DNA of 64,000 nt, taken from an uncultured delta proteobacterium (GTDB lineage: Bacteria > Myxococcota > Myxococcia > Myxococcales > Myxococcaceae). Location: NCBI GenBank assembly GCA_963796055.1, contig CAWCKH010000004.1:448001-512000 (forward strand), given 5' to 3'. The notes under the pieces were generated by a model. That model saw nothing but the letters and a program-made list of their open reading frames with translations, searched no databases and had not been told where the DNA came from. Of the stretch, positions 37,781 to 47,667 are shown piece by piece (position 1 is the first letter of the stretch; the number at the start of each line of letters is the position of its first letter). The position numbers were made by a program, and so were the translations under genes.

Positions 37781-37913
37781 GAATCGACGAGGGCGCTGCG
37801 TAACACCCGGAGACTGCTCTGGCAACGGGCAAGCGGGCCCGGGTGGGTACTCCCAAGGGTCAAGGGCGAGCGTGTTAAGAGGAGTCGCCCCACCCGGTGG
37901 GTGACCCCCCTCG

Positions 37914-39461
37914 ATGGCGTCGACCGAACCACCCCTGACAGAGGCGGCTCCTCCCGCGCCCCCCGAGCCCCTCGCAGCCAAGGTGGCGCGGGCGCGCGAC
38001 GCCCAGGAGGCCTGGAGGCACACCCCCTTCGACGAGCGGGTGACGTGCCTGACCCGCGCGGCGAGAGAGATGCTCACCCGACGCCAGGAGGCAATGGCGC
38101 TGGTCGAGCAGGAGATCGGCAAGGTCCACGCCGAGGCGCTCTTCAACGAGGCGCTGGGTCCGCTGGACGCGGTGAAGGGCTGGGCCAGCGTGCTCGGGCC
38201 CGCGCTGGCGCGGCGGAGGGTTCCGCTCAATCCGCTCGGGTTTCCGGGCAAGCGCGCCTACGTGGACGCCGTGCCCCGGGGGGTGATCGCCATCATCGCG
38301 CCCTGGAACTTTCCGGTGGCCGGCCTTTACCGGTCGGTCTTCCCGGCGCTGATGGCCGGCAACGCCATCGTGCTCAAGCCGAGCGAGTACTCGCCACGCT
38401 CGAGCGGATGGTTCGCCGAGCGGCTCGCCGCGCACCTCCCCGCGGGCGTGGTGCAGGTGGCGTCCGGGGATGGCTCGGTGGGTGCGGCGCTGCTCGACGC
38501 CGGGCCGGACGGCTGCGTCTTCACCGGGTCCACTGCCACCGGGCGACGGGTGGCGATCCGGTGCGCCGAGCGGGGAATCCCCTGCAGCGCCGAGATGGGG
38601 GGCAAGGACCCCGCCATCGTCCTCGCCGACTGCGACCTCGAGCGCACCGTGGCCGGCATCACCCACTGGGCGCTGTGCAACGCCGGGCAGGCCTGCGGGG
38701 CGATCGAGATCGTCTACGCCGAGCGCGGCATCGCCGATGCGCTGGTGGAGCGGCTGCGCGAGGTCTGGACGGAGCTCCGCGTGGGCCCGGCCCACGGCAC
38801 ATCCGCCGACGTGGCGCCGCTGGCCAACGCCCGGCAGCTGGAGGTGGTGCGGCAGCAGGTCGAGGAGGCGAAGGCACGCGGGGCCACCGTGGTATGCGGG
38901 GGCGCTTCGCTCGGGGAAGGGTTGTGGTTTCTGCCCACCGTGCTCGACCACTGCACCGAGGCGATGTCGGTGGTGCGCGAGGAGACGTTCGGCCCGGTGC
39001 TGGCCATCATCCGGGTGGAAGGTCCGGCCGAGGCCATCCGCGCCGCGAACCAGCTGCGCTACGGACTGGGCGCCTCCATCTGGACCGGCGATCTGGCCCG
39101 GGGTCAGCGCCTGGCGGAGCGGCTCGACTACGGCGTGGTGAGCGTCAACAACCACTCGTTCACCGGCGCAGTACCGAGCCTCCCCTGGTCCGGCACCCGG
39201 GCCACCGGATTCGGCGTGGCCAACAGCGCGCTGGCGCTGGCCACCCTCGTCCGGCCACGCACCCTGGTGGTCGACCGCCGTCGCGACCCGGAGCTCTACT
39301 GGATGCCCTACGACGAGACCCTGGTGGAGCTGGGCGACGTCCTGGCCGATCTCCAGACCAGCCGGCTCGACCGCGCCTGGAAGCTGCCGGGGCTCATGCG
39401 CCGACGGATGCGGGCGCTGCGGGCCTTCTTCCGCAGGCGGCGCTCATCCGAGCTGCGGTGA
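37914..39461 (+). CDS. Aldehyde dehydrogenase
   Basis: IAPWNFP, LKPSE, FTGS, EMGGKDP, NAGQAC, EETFGP. Confidence 0.95.
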   Translation: MASTEPPLTEAAPPAPPEPLAAKVARARDAQEAWRHTPFDERVTCLTRAAREMLTRRQEAMALVEQEIGKVHAEALFNEALGPLDAVKGWASVLGPALARRRVPLNPLGFPGKRAYVDAVPRGVIAIIAPWNFPVAGLYRSVFPALMAGNAIVLKPSEYSPRSSGWFAERLAAHLPAGVVQVASGDGSVGAALLDAGPDGCVFTGSTATGRRVAIRCAERGIPCSAEMGGKDPAIVLADCDLERTVAGITHWALCNAGQACGAIEIVYAERGIADALVERLREVWTELRVGPAHGTSADVAPLANARQLEVVRQQVEEAKARGATVVCGGASLGEGLWFLPTVLDHCTEAMSVVREETFGPVLAIIRVEGPAEAIRAANQLRYGLGASIWTGDLARGQRLAERLDYGVVSVNNHSFTGAVPSLPWSGTRATGFGVANSALALATLVRPRTLVVDRRRDPELYWMPYDETLVELGDVLADLQTSRLDRAWKLPGLMRRRMRALRAFFRRRRSSELR

Positions 39462-41354
39462 GATCTGATCCGCCGCGCGCGCGGCGATGGCCATGATGGT
39501 GAGCTGGGGATTCACCCCCAGCGGTCCCCGCACCGTGCTGCCGTCCACGATGAATAGCCCGGGCACGTCGTGCGCCTGGTGGTCCAGGCCCACCACGCTG
39601 GTTCGCCGGTCGGTCCCCATCTGGCAGGTGCCCAGCGGGTGATAGCTGACCATCGCCAGGTCCGAGGCGGAGAGCTCCATCTTCCGGAACTCGTCCAGCC
39701 GTCGGGGCTCGAGGCCCCCGAGCCCCATCACCCCCGGGTAGAGCCGGCGGGCGCCGGCGGCGACCAGCAGCTGCATCGACAGCTCGAGCCCCCGCTTCAG
39801 CCTCGCCACGTCGGCCGGGGTGACCGTGTAGCGGATGACCGGCAGCCCGCGGAACTCCCCCCACACCCGGCCGTTGCGCGTGGCATCGGCGGCGAGCGGC
39901 CCCACCCCGCCCACGTGGCGGAGCTGCGCGAGCGGCTCCATCAGCCGGCGGCCGATTGCAGGGAACATGCTGGGCATCGCGTTGTGGCTCGCCTGCGCCG
40001 CCACCAGGAGGATTCCCTCCTCGAGGAACTCCTCCGATCCGTAGCCCTGCGGGATGTGGTCGAACCCGCGGATCTCCTCGTCGAAGAGCGCCATCACCAC
40101 CACGCTGGGATGCACGGTGAGGTTCCGCCCCACCTGTCCGCTCGCATTGGCGATGCCCTGCCGGAGGAGCAGCAGCGGGCTGGAGATGGTCCCCCCGGCG
40201 AGCACCACCGCCCGGGCCCGGATGCGGATCAGCGCCCCGTTCTGGGCGGTGCCCTCCAGACCGGTGGCGCGGCCGTTCTCCACCAGCACCCGCTCGGCCT
40301 TCAGGCCGGTGAAGAGCATCGCCCCCCGCTCGAGCGCCGGCGGCAGGTACGAGACGTTGGTGCTCTTCCGGGCGTCGCTCCGGCAGCCGACGTGACAGAA
40401 GCCCGACGCCTCGCACCCGGGCGCGTTGCGGAGCAGCTGCCCGTGCTTCCACCCGAGCGCGTCGCACCCGCGCTGCATGACCTCGGCGATCGGCCCCACG
40501 TACCTCCGGGAGGAGGGGCCCACCCCGAGGTGGCTCTCCACCCGCTCGAAGTACGTCGCCATGCGCGAGGGCTCGAGCGCGTCGGTGCCCATCTCCTCGC
40601 ACCAGCGCTGCAGCACCCACGGTGGTGTGCGGAACGCGGTCCCGCCGTTCACCGCCGTCGACCCGCCCACCATCCTCCCCACGAAGACCGGGAAGGTCGC
40701 GTTCCCCAGCGCGAACACCGGCTTGTAGAAGCGCTCATAGGCCCGCACCGTGCTGCCGTCGAAGCTGTGGCGGTGGTAGAGCTGGCCCTCCTCGACGAAC
40801 ACCACCGCGTGGCCGCGCGCGGCGAGTTCGTGACCGACCACCCCCCCACCCGCACCGGTGCCGATGACCACCACGTCGCACTCCACGTCGCCGCCGGTCC
40901 ACGCCTCGGCGGCGTGGGTCTGCGCCATCCAGCGCGGCTCGGTGACCGGAAGGGGCGGCTTCGGCCGGGCGCCCAGCGCCCGCTGCACGTGGGCGGCGTC
41001 GAAGTGGACGATCTTGTAGACGCTGGAGAGGAGCGAGAGCGGCGTCTTGAAGAGCGGATCGCGCTCCCACTGGAGGAGGAGCGCCTGCTGCCGCGCCGCG
41101 GAGAGGGCATGGAACGCCCGGCCGGTGCGCAGCCGGGCAGCGGCGTCGAGCGCGCGGTGGGCCGCGGTCCAGGCGGTGGCCAGCCTCGGCGACAGCCGCG
41201 ACACCACCGCCGCCACCTCGCGCACCGTGGTGTCGTCGGCGGCGGGAATGACGCTGGTGCCGGGGATGATCGCCTCGGCCAGCGCGAGCATCGCCCGGTC
41301 CACGCCCTCGGCGGACGGGCGCGGCGCGTTGCTGGCGAGGGAAGAGGCTTCCAC
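39444..41354 (-). CDS. GMC oxidoreductase (long-chain alcohol oxidase-like) with N-terminal helical extension
   Basis: VIGTGAGGG, VGGSTAVN, C..SGFC..GC...ARKS, VGRNL..HP, YHPLGTCQMG, LGVNPQLTI. Confidence 0.9.
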   Translation of the reverse strand: MEASSLASNAPRPSAEGVDRAMLALAEAIIPGTSVIPAADDTTVREVAAVVSRLSPRLATAWTAAHRALDAAARLRTGRAFHALSAARQQALLLQWERDPLFKTPLSLLSSVYKIVHFDAAHVQRALGARPKPPLPVTEPRWMAQTHAAEAWTGGDVECDVVVIGTGAGGGVVGHELAARGHAVVFVEEGQLYHRHSFDGSTVRAYERFYKPVFALGNATFPVFVGRMVGGSTAVNGGTAFRTPPWVLQRWCEEMGTDALEPSRMATYFERVESHLGVGPSSRRYVGPIAEVMQRGCDALGWKHGQLLRNAPGCEASGFCHVGCRSDARKSTNVSYLPPALERGAMLFTGLKAERVLVENGRATGLEGTAQNGALIRIRARAVVLAGGTISSPLLLLRQGIANASGQVGRNLTVHPSVVVMALFDEEIRGFDHIPQGYGSEEFLEEGILLVAAQASHNAMPSMFPAIGRRLMEPLAQLRHVGGVGPLAADATRNGRVWGEFRGLPVIRYTVTPADVARLKRGLELSMQLLVAAGARRLYPGVMGLGGLEPRRLDEFRKMELSASDLAMVSYHPLGTCQMGTDRRTSVVGLDHQAHDVPGLFIVDGSTVRGPLGVNPQLTIMAIAARAADQISPQLG

Positions 41355-41407
41355 CTGGAGGGTTTTGACACGCGCACACGGAGTGCCGTCAAGTGAGACT
41401 CACCACC

Positions 41408-42058
41408 ATGGCTCCCTCGATGTCTCTGGTGCTCGCGGCGCTGGCCGCGAGCGACGGAGGAACCGCGCCGCCGCCCGCGCACCGGGCCGCCATCCCCCCG
41501 AGCGCCTTCACCGTCTTCAAGCAGGATTCCGGACCAGTGAACTACTACTCGGTCGCCTCCGAGGAGAACGCGCCCATCCTCCGCGCCCTCTACCGGCCCG
41601 GGCTGGGGAACGTGGTGCTCAACGCCCGCGTTCCGGAGGCGGCCAGGCAGTCGGTGCGCTCGGTGAGCTGGCGCTGGCGGGCGCACCTGCTGCCGAAGGA
41701 GGCGAACGACTGCGGACCGGGGGCATCGGACGCGGCGGCCTCGGTCTTCCTGGCCTTCAAGGCCGGGCTGAAGCTCATGGTCATCAAGTACGTCTGGAGC
41801 ACGGTGGGTACCGTCGGGGCGTCCTGTCAGTCCACCCGCGGATGGTTCTTCGACCGCGACACCACCTTGCTTCAGGTCGGCGGGCCGCTGGACGTCTGGA
41901 CCTCGTACACGGTGGACCCGAGAAGGGAATTCGTGAAGCACTACGGCGGAAAGCTCGAGGACGTGCCCGACTTCGTGGCCATCGGGGTGATGACCGACGG
42001 CGACAACTCGCAGACGCCGGCCGAGGCCGACTACGCGGACTTCGTGGTCGAGTGGTAG
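41408..42058 (+). CDS. DUF3047-like exported protein
   Basis: Signal peptide; SWRWR, D.AA.V, IKYVWS, IGVMTDGDNS. Start may be GTG 41393. Confidence 0.75.
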   Translation: MAPSMSLVLAALAASDGGTAPPPAHRAAIPPSAFTVFKQDSGPVNYYSVASEENAPILRALYRPGLGNVVLNARVPEAARQSVRSVSWRWRAHLLPKEANDCGPGASDAAASVFLAFKAGLKLMVIKYVWSTVGTVGASCQSTRGWFFDRDTTLLQVGGPLDVWTSYTVDPRREFVKHYGGKLEDVPDFVAIGVMTDGDNSQTPAEADYADFVVEW

Positions 42059-42067
42059 GCGCCGGGC

Positions 42068-43582
42068 ATGGCTGAGGTCATGGTGGCCGTCCGCGTGCCG
42101 GAGGGCGTGCGGCAGTGGGGCGTGCGTACCGCGGTGCTGATCGCCGCGGTGACCCTGGTGCGCCTGCTGTTCGTCTCCACCACCGACATCGCGAACGGCG
42201 AGGCCTACTACTACGTCTGGTCCCGCTTCCCCTCGCTCAGCTACTACGACCACCCGCCGCTGGTGGCCTGGATGGCCTGGCTCACCACCCGCACGTCCCA
42301 CGGGTCGCTGGCCATCCGCTCCGGCCCGCTGCTCTGCGCGGCGCTCTTCGGCGCGCTCCTCTACACCCTCGGCCGCCGCCTGTTCTCGCCCCGTGCCGGC
42401 TTCATCGCGGTGGCCATCGCCACGGTCATCCCGGTCTTCTTCGCCTCCAGCTACGCGCTGAACCCCGAGGCCCCGCTCGCGCCGCTGTGGGTGCTGGGAC
42501 TGCTGACCCTGGAGCGGATGCGCACGCACGACGAGGCGTGGCGCCCCCTCGCCGCGGGGGCGGTGGCCGGGCTGGCCTTCCTCGCCAAGTACTCGGGGGT
42601 GCTGCTGCTGGGGGTGGGGCTGCTCTACGTCCTGGTGTCGCCACAGGGGCGGCGCTGGCTCCGGCGGCCGTGGCTGTACCTCGGAAGCGTGGTGGCGCTG
42701 GCGGTGGCCACGCCGGTCCTGGTGTGGAACCAGCAGCGGGGATGGCCGTCCGTGGTGCTCCACCTCGTCGAGCGCCGCGCCCCCACCGACGCCGCCACCC
42801 TCGCCCTCAACGCCTGGCATGCGCTGGTGGGCCAGCTCGCCCCCTTCCACCCGCTGATCTTCCCCGGGCTGATGGTGGTGCTGGCGATCTGCATCCGGCG
42901 CTCGGCCAGCGACGACCGATTCCGCTTCCTCGCGCTCGCCAGCTGGCCAGTCCTGCTCTTCTTCCTGCTGATGATGATCCGCGTCCGCGACGCCGAGTCC
43001 CACTGGACCATGGTGGGCTACGTCCCGCTGGCGGTGGCGGCGGGCGGGCTCCTCGACGAGCGCGCCGGGCGACTGTCCAGCGCGCTCCGGTGGTACATCG
43101 GGGCCTGTCTGGCCATCACCCTGGCCGGCACCCTCGTCTTCTATGCCTACTCCCAGGCCCCTGCCCTGCGCCGGTTCCTCCCGGCGGGGGTCCGTGACCC
43201 GGACCGCGACTTCTTCAACGAGATGGTCGGCTGGAGCGAGGTCCGGGCCATGGTGGCCCAGGAGGCCTCCGCGCTGGGGTCGGGGACGGTGGTCGCCAGC
43301 TGCCAGTACGCGCTCTGCGCGCACCTCCTCACCGCGCTGGACGATCGCCCCCCGGTCTACTGCCCAGGGCCACGGAGGACGGAGTTCGACTTCCTCGGCC
43401 GTCGGGATCCGCCGCCGAGTGTCCCGGTGGTGTACGTCCAGGACGACCACTACCGCGAGGCTCCCGCGACCTTGTTGCCGGGCCGTGACTGCCGACCGGC
43501 CCGGACCCTGGCCGTGGAGCGCGACGGGGTGGTGATGCAGCGCTACCACCTGTGGGCCTGCGCACCGCGAGGCGGAGGGTGA
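42068..43582 (+). CDS. GT39/ArnT-like membrane glycosyltransferase
   Basis: EAYYYVWS...SYYDHPP, LAKYSG, PVLVWN, HW. Confidence 0.87.
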   Translation: MAEVMVAVRVPEGVRQWGVRTAVLIAAVTLVRLLFVSTTDIANGEAYYYVWSRFPSLSYYDHPPLVAWMAWLTTRTSHGSLAIRSGPLLCAALFGALLYTLGRRLFSPRAGFIAVAIATVIPVFFASSYALNPEAPLAPLWVLGLLTLERMRTHDEAWRPLAAGAVAGLAFLAKYSGVLLLGVGLLYVLVSPQGRRWLRRPWLYLGSVVALAVATPVLVWNQQRGWPSVVLHLVERRAPTDAATLALNAWHALVGQLAPFHPLIFPGLMVVLAICIRRSASDDRFRFLALASWPVLLFFLLMMIRVRDAESHWTMVGYVPLAVAAGGLLDERAGRLSSALRWYIGACLAITLAGTLVFYAYSQAPALRRFLPAGVRDPDRDFFNEMVGWSEVRAMVAQEASALGSGTVVASCQYALCAHLLTALDDRPPVYCPGPRRTEFDFLGRRDPPPSVPVVYVQDDHYREAPATLLPGRDCRPARTLAVERDGVVMQRYHLWACAPRGGG

Positions 43583-46113
43583 GCGTGCCCCCGGTCTCTC
43601 TTCCCCCGGCCCTGCGCCGTGCCGTGGACCGGCTCATCGGCTGGCAGCTCCGCCGGCCGCTCCGGGTGCTCTCGGTGGTCGCGGTGCTGACGGCGGTCTC
43701 CATCGCGCTCGCCACCCGCCTGAGGCTCGAGACCGGGTTCGAGAGCCTCCTCCCGGAGTCGCGGCCCAGCGTCGTCGAGCTCCACCGGGTCTCGGAGCGC
43801 ACCGCGAGCCAGTCCACCATCTTCGTGGTCCTCGAGGGGCAGGACCCCGCCGGGCTCCGGCGGGCCACAGACGCGCTGGTCCCCGCGCTGCGGGCGCTGG
43901 GGCCACCCTGGGTCGGGAGCGTGGAGAACGGGGTGCAGGACGCGCTGGCCTTCCTCCGCCCGCGCACGGGCCTGTACGCGGATCTGGGGGTCCTGAAGCG
44001 GCTCCGGGACGACGTCGAGGCCCGCTACGCCTACGAGGTCGGGAAGCAGACCGGGCTGCAGCTCGGGCTGGAGGAGGCGCCGCCGCCGCCCATCGCTCCG
44101 GACACGGTGAAGTCTCGCCTGGGGGTGAAGGCCGAGGACGAGCGCCGCTTCCCAGCCGACGGCCGCTACCAGAGCGCCGACGGCAAGACGGCGGTGGTGG
44201 TCATCCGGAGCGGGGTCATCGGCGCCGACTTCCGGAAGGCCGAGGAAGCGGTGGCCCGGGTCTCCGAGGTGGTCCGCAGGGTGAACCCCGCGTCGTTCGA
44301 TCCCGCAGCCCGGTGGGACCTGAGCGGCGACCTCCTCATCGGTCTGGCGGAGTACCGGCTCATCAACCGGGACCTCACCGAGGTGGGCCTGGCCGGGACG
44401 CTGCTCATCCTCGGCGTCGTCTTCCTCTACTACCTGCGCATCCGGGCGGTTCTCTCGATGGGCCTGGCCATCGGAATCGGCGTGGCGTGGACCTTCGCCC
44501 TGACCGAGCTGCTCATCGGGCGGCTCAACCTCGCCACTGGCTTCCTCTTCACCATCATCGCCGGCAACGGCATCAACTTCTCCATCCTCCTGATGGCCCG
44601 CTACCTCGAGGAACGGCGGCGGGGGACGCCCACCGAGGCCGCCATCGTCGAGGCGATGCGCCGTACCTGGCGTCCCACGCTCACCGCCGCCGCGACTGCC
44701 TCGGCGGCGTACGGGGCGCTGGTGGTCTCCGAGTTCAAGGGCTTCCGGGAGTTCGGCTGGATCGGTGGGATGGGGATGCTGGTCTGCTGGGCGGCGGCGT
44801 TCCTGTCGCTTCCGTCGATCCTCCTCTTGATGGAGCGGATGGTCCCGCTGGAGCGCGAATCCTGGTGGCGCCGGACGCTCCGGGTCCGTGGGGAGGGCGT
44901 TCCGTTCGGAAAGCCCTTCGCACGCATCGTGGCCAGGGCGCCGCGGACCATCACCGTGGTCGGGGCGGTGCTGGCCGTGGCCGGCGCGGTGCTCACCGTC
45001 CTCTACGTGCGCTCGGATCCGATGGAGTACGACACCAACAAGATCCAGAGCGATCGCTCCGCGGTCGCCGAGGTGCACCGGCTCTTCCACGTGGCGTCGG
45101 GCCTGACCGGCTTCGTGGGCGTGGACGGCATGGCGGTGATGACCGACCGCCTCGACCAGGTGGCGCCCCTGAAGGCCGCGCTCGAGGCCCGGCGCGACGC
45201 CGCCCCGCCGGACGCCAGGCCGTTCAAGGCGGTGCACACCCTCGACGACTTCGTGCCCAGGGACCAGGAGGCGAAGATCCCGGTGCTGATGCAGCTCCGG
45301 CGCCGCATCCTCAAGGCGCACCAGCGGGGCCTGGTGCCGGACTGGGAGAAGGTCGAGCCTTACCTCCCGCCGGAGAACCTGACGCCCTTCGGCATCGCCG
45401 AGCTGCCCGACGCCATCGCCCGGCCGTTCACCGAGAAGGACGGCACCCGCGGGCGCATCGTCTACATCAGCCCGGCCGACGGCACCGACACCGCGGACGC
45501 GCATTACCTCCTGCGCTGGGCGGATGGGTACCGGAGCACCGTCCTTCCAGACGGGACGGAGATCCGTGGTTCGGGGCGGGCGGTCATCTACGCCGACATG
45601 TGGAGCGCGATCCTCCACGACGTGCCCCGGGCAGTCGCGGTGTCCATCCTCGCCACCCTGTGCATCGTGGCCCTGAGCTTCCGGAACCGCCGGGCAATGA
45701 GCCGGGTCATGCTCTCGCTGCTGGTGGGAGTGTTCTGGACGGTGGGGATGCTGGCGCTGCTGAAATTCAAGCTGAACTTCCTCAACTTCATCGCCCTGCC
45801 GGTCACCTTCGGGATAGGCGTGGACTACGCGGTGAACATCGTCCAGCGAGAGCTCGAGCTGCGCGACCCGCTCGAGGTGCTGCGGCGCACGGGCGGAGCG
45901 GTCGTCCTCTGCAGCTGCACCACCCTGCTCGGGTACCTCGCGCTGGCCCGCTCGCTCAACTACGGGGTGCGGAGCCTGGGCATCACCGCGGTCATCGGGG
46001 AGGCGGCGTGCATCCTGGCGGCGGTGCTGGTGCTCCCGGCCGCGCTGGTCTGGCAGCGGCAGCGCCGCGCGCCCGAGGCGGTCGCCGGGGCCGGTGAGGC
46101 CGCGACCGGCTGA
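43579..46113 (+). CDS. MMPL/RND-family lipid exporter
   Basis: Two TM repeats with large periplasmic loops; GNGINFSI..ARYLEE and GIGVDYAVNI. GTGA overlap with the GT39 gene. Confidence 0.88.
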   Translation: MSVPPVSLPPALRRAVDRLIGWQLRRPLRVLSVVAVLTAVSIALATRLRLETGFESLLPESRPSVVELHRVSERTASQSTIFVVLEGQDPAGLRRATDALVPALRALGPPWVGSVENGVQDALAFLRPRTGLYADLGVLKRLRDDVEARYAYEVGKQTGLQLGLEEAPPPPIAPDTVKSRLGVKAEDERRFPADGRYQSADGKTAVVVIRSGVIGADFRKAEEAVARVSEVVRRVNPASFDPAARWDLSGDLLIGLAEYRLINRDLTEVGLAGTLLILGVVFLYYLRIRAVLSMGLAIGIGVAWTFALTELLIGRLNLATGFLFTIIAGNGINFSILLMARYLEERRRGTPTEAAIVEAMRRTWRPTLTAAATASAAYGALVVSEFKGFREFGWIGGMGMLVCWAAAFLSLPSILLLMERMVPLERESWWRRTLRVRGEGVPFGKPFARIVARAPRTITVVGAVLAVAGAVLTVLYVRSDPMEYDTNKIQSDRSAVAEVHRLFHVASGLTGFVGVDGMAVMTDRLDQVAPLKAALEARRDAAPPDARPFKAVHTLDDFVPRDQEAKIPVLMQLRRRILKAHQRGLVPDWEKVEPYLPPENLTPFGIAELPDAIARPFTEKDGTRGRIVYISPADGTDTADAHYLLRWADGYRSTVLPDGTEIRGSGRAVIYADMWSAILHDVPRAVAVSILATLCIVALSFRNRRAMSRVMLSLLVGVFWTVGMLALLKFKLNFLNFIALPVTFGIGVDYAVNIVQRELELRDPLEVLRRTGGAVVLCSCTTLLGYLALARSLNYGVRSLGITAVIGEAACILAAVLVLPAALVWQRQRRAPEAVAGAGEAATG

Positions 46114-46123
46114 GATACAAGGC

Positions 46124-46738
46124 TCAGGGCCTCGCCTCCTCCCGGGCGGCCTCCAGCGCGTCCTCCAGCCGGTCGTTCCCCCAGTACATCTCTCCCCGGG
46201 CGAAGAAGGTGGGCGCGCCGAAGATGCCCCGCGCCTGTGCCCGCTGCACCTGGGCGCGCAGCTTCGGCCTCTCCTCGGGCGCCTGGACCCGGGCCAGGAT
46301 CGCCTCGGCCGGCAGCGCCAGGGACTCCAGCACCTCGGTGACGGTCTCCGCCGTGGAGATGTCCCGGTCCTCGGCGAAGTTGGCGCGGGCCATCGCCCGG
46401 CAGAACGACGGCATCCACGGCTCGCCCCGGCCCAGCAGCGCCACCCGCACCGGGAGCACCGTGTTCTGCGGAAAGCGGGTCGGCTTCCGCCAGGGAAGCC
46501 CGTACTTCGCGGCCTGGCGCTCCATGTCCTTCCACACGTAGGCGCCCTTTTCTTTCTGGAGGACGAAAGGCGAGCTCTTCCAGCCGAACGCCTCGAAGAT
46601 GGGGCCGAGGAGGAAGGGCTCCCACCGAACCGTCACCCCGGCCTGCCCGGCGAGCGCCTCGATGCGGAGGAGAGTCAGGTAGCTGTAGTTGCTCGCCAGA
46701 TCGAACCACAGCTCCAGCACCGGAGGCCCGACGCTCAT
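46124..46738 (-). CDS. DsbA-like 2-hydroxychromene-2-carboxylate isomerase family protein
   Basis: WFDLASNYSY, PFLLGPIF, GIFGAPTF, WGNDRL. Confidence 0.9.
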   Translation of the reverse strand: MSVGPPVLELWFDLASNYSYLTLLRIEALAGQAGVTVRWEPFLLGPIFEAFGWKSSPFVLQKEKGAYVWKDMERQAAKYGLPWRKPTRFPQNTVLPVRVALLGRGEPWMPSFCRAMARANFAEDRDISTAETVTEVLESLALPAEAILARVQAPEERPKLRAQVQRAQARGIFGAPTFFARGEMYWGNDRLEDALEAAREEARP

Positions 46739-47595
46739 CGGAAGGTGACCAGCACCCGGGCGTCGATGCTCTGTCGCGGCGGGGCGTCGGGCGGCATGGC
46801 CGGATGTTCGAATGCGGCGTGGGGGACGAACCGCGCCGCCCCGAGATCCGAGTCGTACTGCTTGAAGAGCAGCGCCTCTTCCCGGCGCATCCCGGAGACA
46901 TAGGACCAGCGCTGCTCCGGCTGGTGGCGGACCAGGGAGATTTCCCCGGTGCGCTCGGGGTATCGAAGCTCGCTCGCCACCAGCGCGTCCGGGCTCACGC
47001 TCCGGGCATCGCAGAGCGCGAGTGGTGTGTCCAGCACCGGCGCGACCCCGATGGAGCGCCAGACATTGACGATGGCGAAGCGCCCGCGCGGGGTCCGGCC
47101 CTCGAGCACCATGCCGAAACGTCTCACCCCCGAGCGCTCGGTGTAGTCGACGTGCACCAGGCCCGCCGGACCGGCGAAGGGACCGCGGCGAGCGCCTAGG
47201 ATCATCTGCGGACGGCCGAACTCGCGCCTCCGCACCAGGTGGTCGAAGACCTGCGCCTCCTCGGCGCCGGTGGCGCGCAGCACCAGCTCTGCGATCTCCG
47301 GGTAATAGCGGCGGCGCACCTCGTCCGGGTCGAGGAAGTCGCCCATGGCCGACGGCGCGTGCCAGAGCTCGAACCCGTTGCGGTCGAGATCCAGGAAGCC
47401 CGAGGTGTCCCGGACGTCGTGGATGGTGACCGACCGGGCGACGTACTCGCAGTTGTGGGGGGGCATGCCCGGGGGTGGCCTTCCCACGTAGCTGAAGGGG
47501 ACATCAGGACAGCTGGCGAGATACAGGAGCGGGGCGACGACCGACGACGGCCGCCGCCGCTCTCCTTTGGTGAATTGGGCGATGCTCGGGTCCAT
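46735..47595 (-). CDS. CmcJ/NvfI (AsaB-like) oxidoreductase
   Basis: LDRNGF, YYPE, FDHLVR, VHVDYT, NVWRS, PLALCD, HAAF, RQSIDAR. Confidence 0.85.
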   Translation of the reverse strand: MDPSIAQFTKGERRRPSSVVAPLLYLASCPDVPFSYVGRPPPGMPPHNCEYVARSVTIHDVRDTSGFLDLDRNGFELWHAPSAMGDFLDPDEVRRRYYPEIAELVLRATGAEEAQVFDHLVRRREFGRPQMILGARRGPFAGPAGLVHVDYTERSGVRRFGMVLEGRTPRGRFAIVNVWRSIGVAPVLDTPLALCDARSVSPDALVASELRYPERTGEISLVRHQPEQRWSYVSGMRREEALLFKQYDSDLGAARFVPHAAFEHPAMPPDAPPRQSIDARVLVTFR

Positions 47596-47667
47596 GGGTC
47601 TTCTCAGTAGAGGCCGGGCGTCCGGGACTCCAATGCCGTCTCGGGTCGGTTCGCATGCGGAGCGGGA

